Assembly (NCBI GenBank): GCA_004297395.1
Contig: SCUO01000038.1
Span: 6,154-70,153, forward strand
DNA from: Chloroflexota bacterium
GTDB taxonomy: Bacteria; Chloroflexota; Limnocylindria; Limnocylindrales; CSP1-4
Direction of reading: 5' to 3'
Length of the DNA stretch: 64,000 nt
Positions 17,830-27,995 of this stretch are shown here, piece by piece. The notes under the pieces are model-generated. The model made no database searches and was not told where the DNA came from. It saw only the letters and a program-made list of their open reading frames with translations. The stretch's first letter is position 1. The number at the start of each line of letters is the position of its first letter. Position numbers and translations under genes: made by a program.

Positions 17830-19023
17830 CTACTGGATGTTCAACCCGACAGCGGTATCCCACTGGGTGGTGATCAGCTCCTTGGCCGCGTTTAGCTGAT
17901 CGAGGGACGGGAAGACCGCGCCCTCGACGTCCGGGAGCTTCGCCAGCTGGTCAGCCGGCACCGCGTTCGTTTCGACGAGGTTCTCGTAGCGGATCGGATG
18001 GCAGTAGCCGGCCAGCCAGAGGTTCTGGCCCTCGTCGCTGTAGAGGTACTCCATCCAGAGCTTGGCCGCGTTCGGGTGCGGCGCGTAGGCGCTGATCGCC
18101 TGGACGTAGACGCCGGCGAAGCGGCCCGACGTCGGGACGACGACCGCGATCTCGGGACCGCCACTCGCGGCGGTGGTGTCACGGTTCGACAGCGCGTTGT
18201 AGGTCCAGCGGATCGTGATCGGCGTGTCGCCCGAGGCGATCGTCGCCGAGGTGGCGATGCCCGGCAGCAGGTTGCCGGCATCGTTGAGCTGCTTGAAGAA
18301 GTCGAGACCGGCCTGGGCGTCGTCGAGCGAGCCACCGTTAGCGAGTGCTGCGGCGAAGACCGTCTGGATGGCCTGGTTCGAGGTCCGCGGGTCGCCGGCG
18401 AGGGCGATCTGGCTCTTGTACTCGGGCTTCAGCAGGTCCGACCAGTCGGCCGGCACGTTCGCGACGGCGGCAGTGTTCACTTCAAACGACAGCACGCCGT
18501 AGTAGTCGCCATACCAATAGCCCTCGGCGTCCTTTGCGTCATCAGGGATCGTGTCCCACGTGGCGACCTTGTACGGCTCGAGGAGGCCCTCGTCCTTGGC
18601 CGACGGGCCGAACGACAGGCCCACGTCGACGACGTCGGGCGCCTGCGGGCCGGGGTTGTCCTTGTTTGCCTTGATCGCCTCGATCTCGTCGCCGGAGCCG
18701 GCGTTCGGATCGAGCTCGTTGACCTCGAGGCCATATGCGGCCTTGAAGCCGTCGATGACGTTCTGGCCGGTGGCGCCGTCGCGCGGCCCGTAGTTGCACC
18801 AGTCGTGCGGGAGCGCGATCGTCGTCAGCGTGCCCTCTTCCTGGGCCGCCGCGATGAGGTCGGCCATCGGGTCGGCCGTCGGCTCCGTGCCTTCCGAAGC
18901 GGCCGGGGTCGCGGTGGGCGCGGTCGTCGGTGCCGGGGTGGCACCACCGCCACAGGCGGCAGCGACGAGCGCGAGGATGGCTCCGCCGACGAAGAGGCGG
19001 GGCAGCGGTCGGGTCGTGGTCAA
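17830..19023 (-). CDS. ABC transporter substrate-binding lipoprotein (family-1 SBP, PotD/AfuA-like; ligand unknown)
   Basis: TTG 19023 is preceded by ggaggagg. The signal peptide has a lipobox (LFVGGAILALVAAACGG) followed by a Thr/Pro/Ala linker. The upstream part of ORF 17830..19203 lacks an RBS. Confidence 0.75.
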   Translation of the reverse strand: MTTTRPLPRLFVGGAILALVAAACGGGATPAPTTAPTATPAASEGTEPTADPMADLIAAAQEEGTLTTIALPHDWCNYGPRDGATGQNVIDGFKAAYGLEVNELDPNAGSGDEIEAIKANKDNPGPQAPDVVDVGLSFGPSAKDEGLLEPYKVATWDTIPDDAKDAEGYWYGDYYGVLSFEVNTAAVANVPADWSDLLKPEYKSQIALAGDPRTSNQAIQTVFAAALANGGSLDDAQAGLDFFKQLNDAGNLLPGIATSATIASGDTPITIRWTYNALSNRDTTAASGGPEIAVVVPTSGRFAGVYVQAISAYAPHPNAAKLWMEYLYSDEGQNLWLAGYCHPIRYENLVETNAVPADQLAKLPDVEGAVFPSLDQLNAAKELITTQWDTAVGLNIQ

Positions 19024-19294
19024 GGTCCTCCTCCATTGCTCGGTTCGCGCACCGCGGGTGCGCGCGATCCTGGGTGCGATGACGGGACGCCGGACGGCTC
19101 CGCCGGATGCGGCAAGCCTCGGCAACGCCGAAATGGGTTTCGGGTGTCGGGGCGCGCCGCGAGGTCGGGGTTCGTCCAGCCCCGGGCCATCGTCGATGCG
19201 CATCTTGGGCGCGCTGTTAACGGGGCGTCAAGCCGAGAATCGCAACGGCGTGCCCCGGCGCCGTGGCCGCGGCCCGCGCCCCGACCAGACGAAG

Positions 19295-19321
19295 CGCCGG
19301 CGACGGGGTCCGTCGCCGGCG
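19295..19321 (-). terminator. Perfect 12-bp stem / 3-nt loop hairpin between opuAC and the next operon
   Basis: The sequence is cgccggcgacgg-ggt-ccgtcgccggcg. Confidence 0.4.
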
Positions 19322-19342
19322 CGTTGCGGCTGCGAGTGACGA

Positions 19343-19365
19343 GGGGGCCGGCGCTGCCGGCCCCC
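19343..19365 (-). terminator. 9-bp GC stem hairpin directly after the opuAC stop
   Basis: gggggccgg-cgctg-ccggccccc begins 8 nt downstream of the stop at 19373 on the minus strand. Confidence 0.45.
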
Positions 19366-19372
19366 GGGTTGA

Positions 19373-20368
19373 TCAGGGCATCCAGGCCTGCCAGATGGCC
19401 TCATGCTCGTCGACCCACTTCTTGCCGGCGTCCTCGGCGGTCATGCCCTGGTTGGCAATGAGCTCCGAGACCGTGCTCTGGTCCAGGTTGGTCCACTTGA
19501 AGTTCTTGATCAGCTCGTAGGCCGCGCCACCCTCGGTCGCGAACGTGGTGCTGACGATCTTGTCCAGGATGTACGGCGGGTAGTCACAGGCGACGGCCTC
19601 GGGATCTGCGTCGCAGCCGGCGGTGTACTCGGGCAGCTTGATCCGGACGAGCGGCTCGTCGACCAGCGGCGGCTGGGCCCACGCCCACTGGGGGTCGTAG
19701 AAGTAGGCCAGGAGCGGCGTCTTCTGGGTCGTGGCCTGCTGGAACGAGGTGATCAGGGCCGCCTCGCTGCCGCCCACCACGACCTCGAAGTTGAGCTCGA
19801 GGTTCTTGACCAGGGCGACGTCGTTCGTCACGTACGACGGGTCGCCGTCGAGGAGCTGGCCCTTGTCGCCGGACTCGGACGTCTTGAACAGGTCGGCGTA
19901 CTTGTTGAGGTTCTGCCAATCGTCGATGTCGGGGTATTCCTCCTTCATCCAGGCCGGCACGTACCAGCCGATGATGCCGGTGACCCCGAGCTCGCCGGCC
20001 GACTGGGCCGTCTTGTCCGTGTCGATGTACTTGGCCTTCAGGTCGTCGTGGCCCCAGTTCTCGAGGATCACGTCGACCTCACCGGTCGGGAAGCCCTCCC
20101 AGCTGACCTGCTCGGCGAGGTTCTTCTTGACGACGGTGTAGCCGAGCTTCTCCTCCAGGATGTAGGCGACGACGGCCGCGTTCGCCTCGTAGCCGACCCA
20201 CGGGTTGATCGCGATGTTGACGGTCTTGCCGGTCCCGGGCAGCGGCGTCGCGCCGGCCTCGCTCGGGCCGGTCGTGGGACCTGCCGTTCCCTGCTGTGCG
20301 CAACCGGCGAACACGAGGGCGACGACGGCCAGGGCCGCGGACAGCCTGCCGAGCCTGAATTGGGTCAT
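19373..20368 (-). CDS. opuAC: Glycine betaine/choline-type ABC substrate-binding lipoprotein (OpuAC/ProX family)
   Basis: ATG 20368 is preceded by ggaggaggag. The lipobox is ALVFAGCAQ. OpuAC-like blocks are NPWVGYEANAAV, ENWGHDD and GIIGWYVPAWM (aromatic cage residues). Confidence 0.8.
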   Translation of the reverse strand: MTQFRLGRLSAALAVVALVFAGCAQQGTAGPTTGPSEAGATPLPGTGKTVNIAINPWVGYEANAAVVAYILEEKLGYTVVKKNLAEQVSWEGFPTGEVDVILENWGHDDLKAKYIDTDKTAQSAGELGVTGIIGWYVPAWMKEEYPDIDDWQNLNKYADLFKTSESGDKGQLLDGDPSYVTNDVALVKNLELNFEVVVGGSEAALITSFQQATTQKTPLLAYFYDPQWAWAQPPLVDEPLVRIKLPEYTAGCDADPEAVACDYPPYILDKIVSTTFATEGGAAYELIKNFKWTNLDQSTVSELIANQGMTAEDAGKKWVDEHEAIWQAWMP

Positions 20369-20465
20369 CGAGCGATCTCCTCCTCCATCGCCTCGGCTGA
20401 CGAGGCGAAGGCTGCATGATCGATCACGGCCGGGCCGGCCGCAACTGGATGGCTCATCCGGGGCT

Positions 20466-22460
20466 TCACGGTGTGGCATGGACCTGGACCTTCGCGGCGC
20501 GCTCGCCGAGGTCCTCGAGGCGCCGCCGCCCGGCCCCCTGCGAGATCCGGTCGAGGGCGATCCCGAGCAGGACCATCGAGATCCCGGCCGCCAGCCCGAG
20601 CCCGAAGTCCCGGCGCTGGGCGAAGCCGCTGACGACATCGAAGCCCAGCGCCCCGCCGCCCACGAGGCCGCCCAGGACGACCATCCCGAGGACCATGATG
20701 ATCCCCTGGTTCGTGGCCAGGAGCAGGGCCGGCCGGGCCACCGGCAGCTGGATCTTGCGGAGCAGCTGGAGGCGCGTGGCGCCGGATGCGCGCCCCGCCT
20801 CGATGAGCGTCTCGGGCACCAGGCGGATGCCGGTCTCCACCAGGCGGACAACGGGCGGGACGGCGAAGATCACCGCGGCCACGATGGCGGTGAATCGGGA
20901 GGGCGAGAACAGGACCAGGGCCGGCAGGAGGTAGACGAAGGCCGGCAGGGTCTGGGCCGCATCGAGGAACGGCCGGACCGCTCGTGAGACCGCGTCGCTG
21001 CTCGCCGCGAGGATCCCGATGAGGGCGCCGATGCCGAGGGTGATCGCGGTCGCCACGAGCACCGAGGCGAGGGTCACCATCGAGTGGTCCCAGAGCTGGA
21101 GGCCCACGATCCCGGCCAGGGCGACGACGGTGATGACCGCCGCGCGTAGACCGCTGAGCATCGCCGCCATGGCGCCCCCGATCGCGATCACGAGCCAGAA
21201 CGGCGAGCTCCGGAGGACCTTCTCGATCGGCGAGATGACGCCCGCGGTGACCGCGTCCTTGAGGCCGATGGTCAGGAAGTAGAGGTTGGCCTGGATCCAG
21301 TCGACCAGGTCGTTGACCGGCTCCCGGAAGGTCAGGCTCGCGAACTCCTCGGGAACGGTGCCGGCCCAGGTGGGCGCGATGGCGCTGAGGCCGATGGCAC
21401 CGAGGCTGGCGAGCGCGAGGCCGCCCAGGACCAAGCGGCGCGGCAGGCGCCGCCTGGCCGCGCCGGCGCGTCCGGCCCCCGATCGGGAATCGAGCCGGAG
21501 GCTCGCCTGCTCGGTGACCCGGTCGAGGATGATGGCCATGATCACGATCGCCAGCCCGGCGTCGAAGATCGCCCCGACATTCAGGACCTGGATGGCCTTG
21601 ATGATGTTCTCGCCGAGGCCGGGGCCGTCGATGACGACGGTGATCACCACCATCGACAGGGCCAGCATGATCGTCTGGTTGACCGCGAGGCCGATCGTCT
21701 TGCGGGCCAGCGGCAGCTCCACCTTGCGGAGCACCTGGCCGGCGGTCGAGCCGAGCGACTCGGCCGCCTCGACCGAGGCCGCTGGGACGCCGCGGATCCC
21801 CAGGGCCGTGATCCGGATCGCGGCCGGCATGGAGTAGACGAAGGTGACGATCACCGCCGACGCGGCCCCGATTCCGAAGAGGACCACGAACGGGATGAAA
21901 TAGGCGTACTGGGGCATGATCTGGAGGACGTCGAGGATCGGGGTGATGACCGCCCGCGCCCGGTTGCTCTTGGCCACGAGGATGCCGAGCGGGACCCCGA
22001 TCGCGACCGAGACCAGGACCGCGGCAAGGGTCACGGCGAGCGTCTTCATGCTCGGATCCCAGAGGTCCAGCGCACCCAGGACGCCGAGTCCGCTGAGGGC
22101 CAGGAGCCCCGTCCGCCAGCCGCCCGCCGCGTAACCCAGGAACGTCGACAGGGCGATCACCGCCGGCCAGCCGAGGCCGACGAGGATCCCCAGGATCGTG
22201 GTGTAGAGCCAGTCCGTCGTGCCCCGGATGGCGTCGAGGACGAGCGAGACCGGGGGCACGGTCCGCTTGACCTCGTCGATGTTGTCGCGGGCCGCGTTGA
22301 AGGCCTGGAACACCGCCGTGTCACGCTCGTGGGGCAGGATCCACTGGTCCCGGAAGACGAGGTAGAGGGCCACGCTCATGGCCCCGAGGGCAAGCCACGT
22401 CGTTCGCGGCGACAGCGCCACCGCCCGACGACCGCGAAGGGCCAGGGTCCCGGCGGTCAT
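20466..22460 (-). CDS. opuAB: Betaine-type ABC permease, internally duplicated (two ProW/OpuAB-like halves fused, 664 aa)
   Basis: It contains two homologous permease modules, each with an EAA-type loop ([23 protein letters not shown] and [23 protein letters not shown]). The ATG overlaps the opuAA stop (ATGA). Confidence 0.85.
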   Translation of the reverse strand: MTAGTLALRGRRAVALSPRTTWLALGAMSVALYLVFRDQWILPHERDTAVFQAFNAARDNIDEVKRTVPPVSLVLDAIRGTTDWLYTTILGILVGLGWPAVIALSTFLGYAAGGWRTGLLALSGLGVLGALDLWDPSMKTLAVTLAAVLVSVAIGVPLGILVAKSNRARAVITPILDVLQIMPQYAYFIPFVVLFGIGAASAVIVTFVYSMPAAIRITALGIRGVPAASVEAAESLGSTAGQVLRKVELPLARKTIGLAVNQTIMLALSMVVITVVIDGPGLGENIIKAIQVLNVGAIFDAGLAIVIMAIILDRVTEQASLRLDSRSGAGRAGAARRRLPRRLVLGGLALASLGAIGLSAIAPTWAGTVPEEFASLTFREPVNDLVDWIQANLYFLTIGLKDAVTAGVISPIEKVLRSSPFWLVIAIGGAMAAMLSGLRAAVITVVALAGIVGLQLWDHSMVTLASVLVATAITLGIGALIGILAASSDAVSRAVRPFLDAAQTLPAFVYLLPALVLFSPSRFTAIVAAVIFAVPPVVRLVETGIRLVPETLIEAGRASGATRLQLLRKIQLPVARPALLLATNQGIIMVLGMVVLGGLVGGGALGFDVVSGFAQRRDFGLGLAAGISMVLLGIALDRISQGAGRRRLEDLGERAAKVQVHATP

Positions 22461-23695
22461 GTCGCCGGCGTAGGGCCGGGCTCTTCCACCCGGCCAGGCT
22501 CCACCTGACCAGGCTCCAGGTGGCCCGCGATGGCCTCGAGGATGTGGGCCCGGTCCACCACACCGAGGAGGCGCCCGGCTTCGACCACTCGGATCGGCTT
22601 GTCGCTCGTGGCCGCGGCGTGGATGACCGTCCGGATCACGGTGTCCGGCCCGAACTCCGGCCCGTCCGCCGGGTCGTCCTCCCGCGCGTCGCGCATGATC
22701 CAGCGGAGGGTCAGGACGTGCGACTTCGGCACGTCCCGGACGAAGTCGGCGACGTAGTCGTCGGCCGGGTGAGCCACGAGCTCCTGGGGACTGCCGGCCT
22801 GGACGACCTGGCCGTTGCGCATGATCACGACGTGGTCGCCCAGCTTCAGGGCCTCGGCCAGGTCATGGGTGATGAAGATCATCGTCTTGCCGACCTCGTG
22901 GTGGAGGCGCAACACCTCGTTCTGCATCTCGCGGCGGATCAGCGGGTCGAGGGCGCTGAACGGCTCGTCGAAGAGCATCACCTCGGGGTCGCCGGCGAGG
23001 GCCCGGGCCAGGCCGACCCGCTGCTGCATCCCGCCCGACAGCTGGTCGGGGTACTGGCCACCGTAGCCCTCGAGGCCGACGAGGCTGAGCATCTTGTCTG
23101 CTCTTGCCAGGCGCGAGGCCTTGGGCTCGCCCCGGATCTCGAGGCCGAAGGCGATGTTGTCGATGACCCGCCGGTGGGGCAGCAGCCCGAAATGCTGGAA
23201 GACCATCGCGAACCGCCGCCGCCGGAGCTCGCGAAGGCGCTGCTCGTCGGCCGCCCGAATGTCCTCGCCGTCGAGGAGGACCTGGCCCAGGGTCGGCTCG
23301 ATGAGCCTTGTCAGGCACCGAACGAGGGTCGACTTGCCGCTGCCCGACAGGCCCATGACCACGAAGACCTCGCCAGGGCTGACGTCGAAGGACACGTCCC
23401 GGACCGCGATCGTGGATCCGGTCCGGAGCCGGAACTCGGCGTTGGTGAGCTCGAGGAGCGGCGAGCCGGCGATCTTCGGCTCGGCCGGCCCGAAAATCTT
23501 CCAGAGGCCACGGACGCTGATCGTCGGCTGGCCCGTTGCGCGGTCTGCGGTCCGATCGTCGTGGGTCGTCGTCGCGGCCCGATCGACCTGCGCCGTCTGC
23601 ACGCCATCACCCTCGGCACGCCGCGGGACGCCGGCCGGGGACCGGGACGTCGGCGGGACCGGTTGAGGATCGGCCCGCGCGCCGCCCCGCGTCAA
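22457..23695 (-). CDS. opuAA: Betaine-type ABC ATPase with C-terminal CBS pair (ProV/OpuAA)
   Basis: Motifs [24 protein letters not shown] and [11 protein letters not shown], followed by a CBS-like tail. The start is uncertain: TTG 23695 or GTG 23602. Confidence 0.85.
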   Translation of the reverse strand: MTRGGARADPQPVPPTSRSPAGVPRRAEGDGVQTAQVDRAATTTHDDRTADRATGQPTISVRGLWKIFGPAEPKIAGSPLLELTNAEFRLRTGSTIAVRDVSFDVSPGEVFVVMGLSGSGKSTLVRCLTRLIEPTLGQVLLDGEDIRAADEQRLRELRRRRFAMVFQHFGLLPHRRVIDNIAFGLEIRGEPKASRLARADKMLSLVGLEGYGGQYPDQLSGGMQQRVGLARALAGDPEVMLFDEPFSALDPLIRREMQNEVLRLHHEVGKTMIFITHDLAEALKLGDHVVIMRNGQVVQAGSPQELVAHPADDYVADFVRDVPKSHVLTLRWIMRDAREDDPADGPEFGPDTVIRTVIHAAATSDKPIRVVEAGRLLGVVDRAHILEAIAGHLEPGQVEPGRVEEPGPTPAT

Positions 23696-23955
23696 GCCGG
23701 AACGAGCGGCGCGACGTGTTCATGCGTCAACGCACGGCGCGCACGGAGGATCCCACGGGGCCGCTGCGCCGCTTCGATGCCGTCTCGTTGACCGCGGGTC
23801 ACGTTGCGTGCTCGTCACCGCGGGTGGCGGGTCGTCCGGCCGGGTCCGGGTTGCGGGCCGAGTGTCGGCCGCTGCACACTGGCTATGCCCCACGGCCCGA
23901 GGGCTCCGTCGCCCCGCGACCCCGGTTCCGGACTGAGCACGAAGCAGGAGCCCGC

Positions 23956-25422
23956 GTGACCCTGAACCGCCCCGCCGTCCGCGATGCCGCGATGTTCATC
24001 GACGGCGCCTGGACCGCGGCCGCCTCGGGCGCGACGTTCGAGGCCACCAGCCCCGCAACGGGCGGGTCGATCGGCACGCTCCCGAAGGGCGGCCGCGAGG
24101 ACGCCCGCCGAGCCATCGCCGCGGCCCATGTGGCCCAGCCCGGGTGGGGCGCCCGCTCGGCCTTCGACCGCGCGGCCACGCTTGAGCGTGTCGCCCGCGT
24201 CCTCGAAACGCGCCGCGACGAGCTGGCAACGGCCCTGACCCTTGACCAGGGCAAGCCGCTCCAGGCCGAGGCCTACGGTGAGGTCGAGGAGCTGATCGTC
24301 TACTTCCGGATGGCCGCCGCCGACGCGACCCGCCTCGACGGCCTCATGCCGCCGTCGGTCGACCCCCGCAAGCGGGTCCTCGTGTACCGGGTTGCGCTCG
24401 GCGTCGTCGGCGTCATCACGCCCTGGAACTGGCCGTACACGATGCCGGCCGAGATCGTCGCCCCGGCCCTGGCCGGCGGCAACACCGTGGTCTGGAACCC
24501 GGCGACCTCGACCTCGCTGTGCGCCACGGTCCTCGCTGCGTGCATCGCCGAGGCCGACCTGCCGCCGGGTGTCTTCAACCTCGTGACCGGGCCCGGCTCG
24601 GAGGTCGGCGACGAGCTCGCCGGCCACCCGGACGTCGCGGCGATCGGCTTCGTCGGCTCCAGCGCCACCGGCCGGAGGATCGAAGAACGGGCCCTCGGCA
24701 AGGAGCTCGTCCTCGAGATGGGCGGCAACGGCCCGCTCGTGATTCTCCACGACGCCGACCTGGATGCGGCGGTCACCGCGACCCTCACCGCCTGCTTCCT
24801 CAACGCCGGCCAGAGCTGCACCGCCGGCGAGTGGATCCTCATCGACGAGCGGGTCCACGACGCCTACCTCGACCGCCTGACCAACGCCATCCGGCGCGAG
24901 ACCCGCCTCGGTGATCCGTTCGACCCGCTGACCACGATGGGCCCGCTCAACAACGAGAAGACCGCCACGAAGACGGCGAAGCACGTCGCCCAGGCCCTCG
25001 CCGCCGGCGCAACGGTCGTCGCCGGTGGCGCCCGCAGCCCGGACCTCGGCAGCGACCTCTTCTTCCAGCCGACGGTCATCACCGACGTGAAAGCCCAGAT
25101 GGACATCGCCCGCGAGGAGACGTTCGGGCCGGTCGCCCCGATCACGCGGATCAGTGGCATCGACGAGGCCATCGCGATCGTCAACGCCTCGGCCTTCGGG
25201 CTGCTCAACGCCATCTTCACCCGCGACCTCCGGGTCGGGCTCCGGTTCGCCGAATCGGTCCGGGCCGGATGGGTCAACATCAACGAGGGCACGAACTACT
25301 GGGAATCGCACCTCCCGTTCGGCGGTCGAGCCGGGTCGCAGAGCGGCCTGGGCCGCGTCGGGGGGCGCTTCCTCATCGAGCGCCTGACGGAGCTCAAGAC
25401 CGTCGTCATCAACCTCGCCTGA
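23956..25422 (+). CDS. NAD(P)-dependent aldehyde dehydrogenase
   Basis: GTG 23956 follows gcaggag; ATG 23992 is an alternative. Motifs VGVITPWNWP, FVGSSATG, LEMGGNGP (catalytic Glu) and GQSCTAGE (catalytic Cys). Confidence 0.85.
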   Translation: MTLNRPAVRDAAMFIDGAWTAAASGATFEATSPATGGSIGTLPKGGREDARRAIAAAHVAQPGWGARSAFDRAATLERVARVLETRRDELATALTLDQGKPLQAEAYGEVEELIVYFRMAAADATRLDGLMPPSVDPRKRVLVYRVALGVVGVITPWNWPYTMPAEIVAPALAGGNTVVWNPATSTSLCATVLAACIAEADLPPGVFNLVTGPGSEVGDELAGHPDVAAIGFVGSSATGRRIEERALGKELVLEMGGNGPLVILHDADLDAAVTATLTACFLNAGQSCTAGEWILIDERVHDAYLDRLTNAIRRETRLGDPFDPLTTMGPLNNEKTATKTAKHVAQALAAGATVVAGGARSPDLGSDLFFQPTVITDVKAQMDIAREETFGPVAPITRISGIDEAIAIVNASAFGLLNAIFTRDLRVGLRFAESVRAGWVNINEGTNYWESHLPFGGRAGSQSGLGRVGGRFLIERLTELKTVVINLA

Positions 25423-25463
25423 CCCGCGAAGCGGGCGGCACCGGCACTGGAGGCTGGGGAGTC

Positions 25464-27989
25464 ATGGCAACGCTGCCGGAGCGGGCAAGGATCGTCGTCA
25501 TCGGCGCCGGGATCGTGGGCAACAGCATGGCCTACCACCTGGCGAAGCAGGGCTGGAAGGACATCCTGCTGCTCGAGAAGGGAACCCTTCCGAACCCGGG
25601 CGGCTCCACCGGCCACGCCTCGAACTTCATCTTCCTGACCGACCACTCCAAGGAGATGGCGGCCTTCACCATCGACAGCGCCAACCAGTACCGCGAGCTC
25701 GGCGTGTACCACGAATGCGGCGGCATCGAGGTCGCCCGGACGCCCGAGCGGATGGAGGAGCTGAAGCGCCGGGTGGCGTCCTCGATCTCGTGGGGCGTCG
25801 AGGGGATCCGCCTGCTCAGCCCGGCCGAGGTCAAGGCGATGGTCCCGTTCATCGACGAGACCGTGATCCTCGGCGGCTTCTACACGCCCGGCGTCGGGGT
25901 CGTCGATTCGCTCCAGGCCGGGACGCTCATGCGCCAGGCGGCGATGGACCTCGGCGCGCTCACGATCGCGGCCGGGGTCGAGGTCACCGGCGTCGACACG
26001 CGCGATGGCCGGGTGACTGGCGTGCGGACCGACCAGGGCAACGTGGAGGCCGAGATCGTCGTCATCGCCTGCGGCATCTGGAGCCCCCGGATCGCGAAGA
26101 TGGCCGGCGCCTCGATCCCGCTCACGCCCGCGGTCCACCAGATGATCGACATCGGACCGGTGCCCCAGTTCGCGACGGCGAAGTCGGAGGTCGATTACCC
26201 GATCGTCCGCGACATGGACACGAACATGTACGAGCGCCAGCACGGCAACGGCTTCGAGATCGGCTCGTACGCCCACCGGGCGATCCTCATGGACCCCGAC
26301 GACATCCCGTCCATCGAGGCCTCCGCCCTGTCGCCGACGATGCTGCCGTTCACCCAGGACGACTTCGACCCCCAGCTCGAGGATGCCCTCGAGCTCTTCC
26401 CTGAGATTGTCGGCGATGAATCGGTGGGGGTGAAGCTGGCCATCAACGGGCTCCTGTCATTGACCCCCGACGGCAACCCGATCATCGGCGAGACGCCCGA
26501 GGTCAAGGGGCTGTGGTCCGTGGCGGCGATCTGGATCAAGGAGGCGCCCGGGATCGCGAAGACCGTGGCCGAGTGGATGACCCACGGCACGCCCGAGATC
26601 GATCCTCACGGCTCCGACATCGCCCGGTTCTACGACCACCACAAGACCCAGCAGCACATCGCCGCCCGGACGACCGAGGGTTTCAACAAGACCTACGGCA
26701 TCGTCCACCCGATGGAGCAGTGGGAATCGAACCGCCCGATCCGGCTGTCCCCGGCCTACGACCGCCACGTCGAGCTGAAGGCCCGGTTCTTCGAGGCCGC
26801 CGGCTGGGAGCGGCCGTTCTGGTACGGCGCCAACGAGGCGCTGCTCGGCGAGTACGGCGAGCGGGTGATGCCCCGAGCGGCCGAGTGGGAATCACGCTGG
26901 TGGAGCCCGATCATCAACGCCGAGCACCTGGCGATGCGCGATCGGGCCGGCCTGGTGGATCTCTCGGCGTTCGCGATCTTCGACGTTTCGGGACCCAGGG
27001 CGTGCGCCGCGCTCGAGCGGCTGTGCGTCAACCGCGTCGACGTGGCACCGGGCCGGACGGTCTACACGCCGCTCCTGAACCCGGCCGGCGGCATCCTGGC
27101 CGACCTCACGATCATGCGGCTGCGGCACGACCTGTTCCGGGTCGTGACCGGTGGCGGCCTGGGCATGCGCGACCGGAAGATCTTCGCCGACGCGATGCCG
27201 GCCGACGGATCGGCCCAGCTCCACGACGTCACGAACGCGTTCACGACGTTCGGGCTGTGGGGGCCGAGGGCGCGCGACATCCTGGGCGCGGCCTCGGATG
27301 GCAGCACGGACATCAGCCATGCCGGGATGCCGTTCCTGTCGTCGCGGAGCGTCGACATCGATGGCGTCCGGACGCTGGCCTCGCGGATCAGCTACGTGGG
27401 CGAGCTGGGCTGGGAGATCTACGTCCCGATCGAGCAGGGCCTGCGGGTCTGGGACGCGCTGTGGCGGGCCGGGCTGCCGCACGGGATGGCGGCGGTGGGC
27501 ATCGGCACGTACGCGGTCACGGCCCGCCTCGAGAAGGGCTACCGGGCCCACGGCGCTGAGCTCGAGCTCGACTTCAACCTCGTCGAGGCCGGGATGGCCC
27601 GGCCCAGCCTCAAAGACGCCGACTTCGTCGGCCGCGCCGCCTACGAGAAGCAGCGCTCTACCGATCCGGTCGCGGTCCTCTGCACGCTCACGCTCGACGA
27701 CCCGACCTCGAAGTCGGGGGTGAGGCGATACATGCTCGGCCGCGAGCCGATCCTCGATCTTGAGGGCCGCCGGATCGTGGACGCGAGGGGCAGGGGGAGC
27801 TATGTGACGTCGGCCGGCTCCGGCCCGTCGGTCGGGAAGCACCTGCTGATGGCCTACCTTCCGCCGCGGCACGCGAAGGTCGGGGAGCAGCTCCTCGTCG
27901 AGTATTTCGGCGAGCACTACCCGGTCTCGGTCGCCGTCGCCGGCGCGACGCCGCTGTTCGACCCCGAGAACGCCCGGATTCGCTCGTAG
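25464..27989 (+). CDS. Dimethylglycine/sarcosine dehydrogenase-oxidase family enzyme (FAD DAO domain + GcvT folate-binding domain, 841 aa)
   Basis: The N-terminus is VVIGAGIVGNSMAYHLAKQG (FAD). The C-terminal third is aminomethyltransferase-like (GLVDLSAFAIFDVSG, GELGWEIYVP). The length matches DMG oxidase/dehydrogenase enzymes. It is immediately followed by etfBA. Confidence 0.8.
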   Translation: MATLPERARIVVIGAGIVGNSMAYHLAKQGWKDILLLEKGTLPNPGGSTGHASNFIFLTDHSKEMAAFTIDSANQYRELGVYHECGGIEVARTPERMEELKRRVASSISWGVEGIRLLSPAEVKAMVPFIDETVILGGFYTPGVGVVDSLQAGTLMRQAAMDLGALTIAAGVEVTGVDTRDGRVTGVRTDQGNVEAEIVVIACGIWSPRIAKMAGASIPLTPAVHQMIDIGPVPQFATAKSEVDYPIVRDMDTNMYERQHGNGFEIGSYAHRAILMDPDDIPSIEASALSPTMLPFTQDDFDPQLEDALELFPEIVGDESVGVKLAINGLLSLTPDGNPIIGETPEVKGLWSVAAIWIKEAPGIAKTVAEWMTHGTPEIDPHGSDIARFYDHHKTQQHIAARTTEGFNKTYGIVHPMEQWESNRPIRLSPAYDRHVELKARFFEAAGWERPFWYGANEALLGEYGERVMPRAAEWESRWWSPIINAEHLAMRDRAGLVDLSAFAIFDVSGPRACAALERLCVNRVDVAPGRTVYTPLLNPAGGILADLTIMRLRHDLFRVVTGGGLGMRDRKIFADAMPADGSAQLHDVTNAFTTFGLWGPRARDILGAASDGSTDISHAGMPFLSSRSVDIDGVRTLASRISYVGELGWEIYVPIEQGLRVWDALWRAGLPHGMAAVGIGTYAVTARLEKGYRAHGAELELDFNLVEAGMARPSLKDADFVGRAAYEKQRSTDPVAVLCTLTLDDPTSKSGVRRYMLGREPILDLEGRRIVDARGRGSYVTSAGSGPSVGKHLLMAYLPPRHAKVGEQLLVEYFGEHYPVSVAVAGATPLFDPENARIRS

Positions 27990-27995
27990 CCCGCC

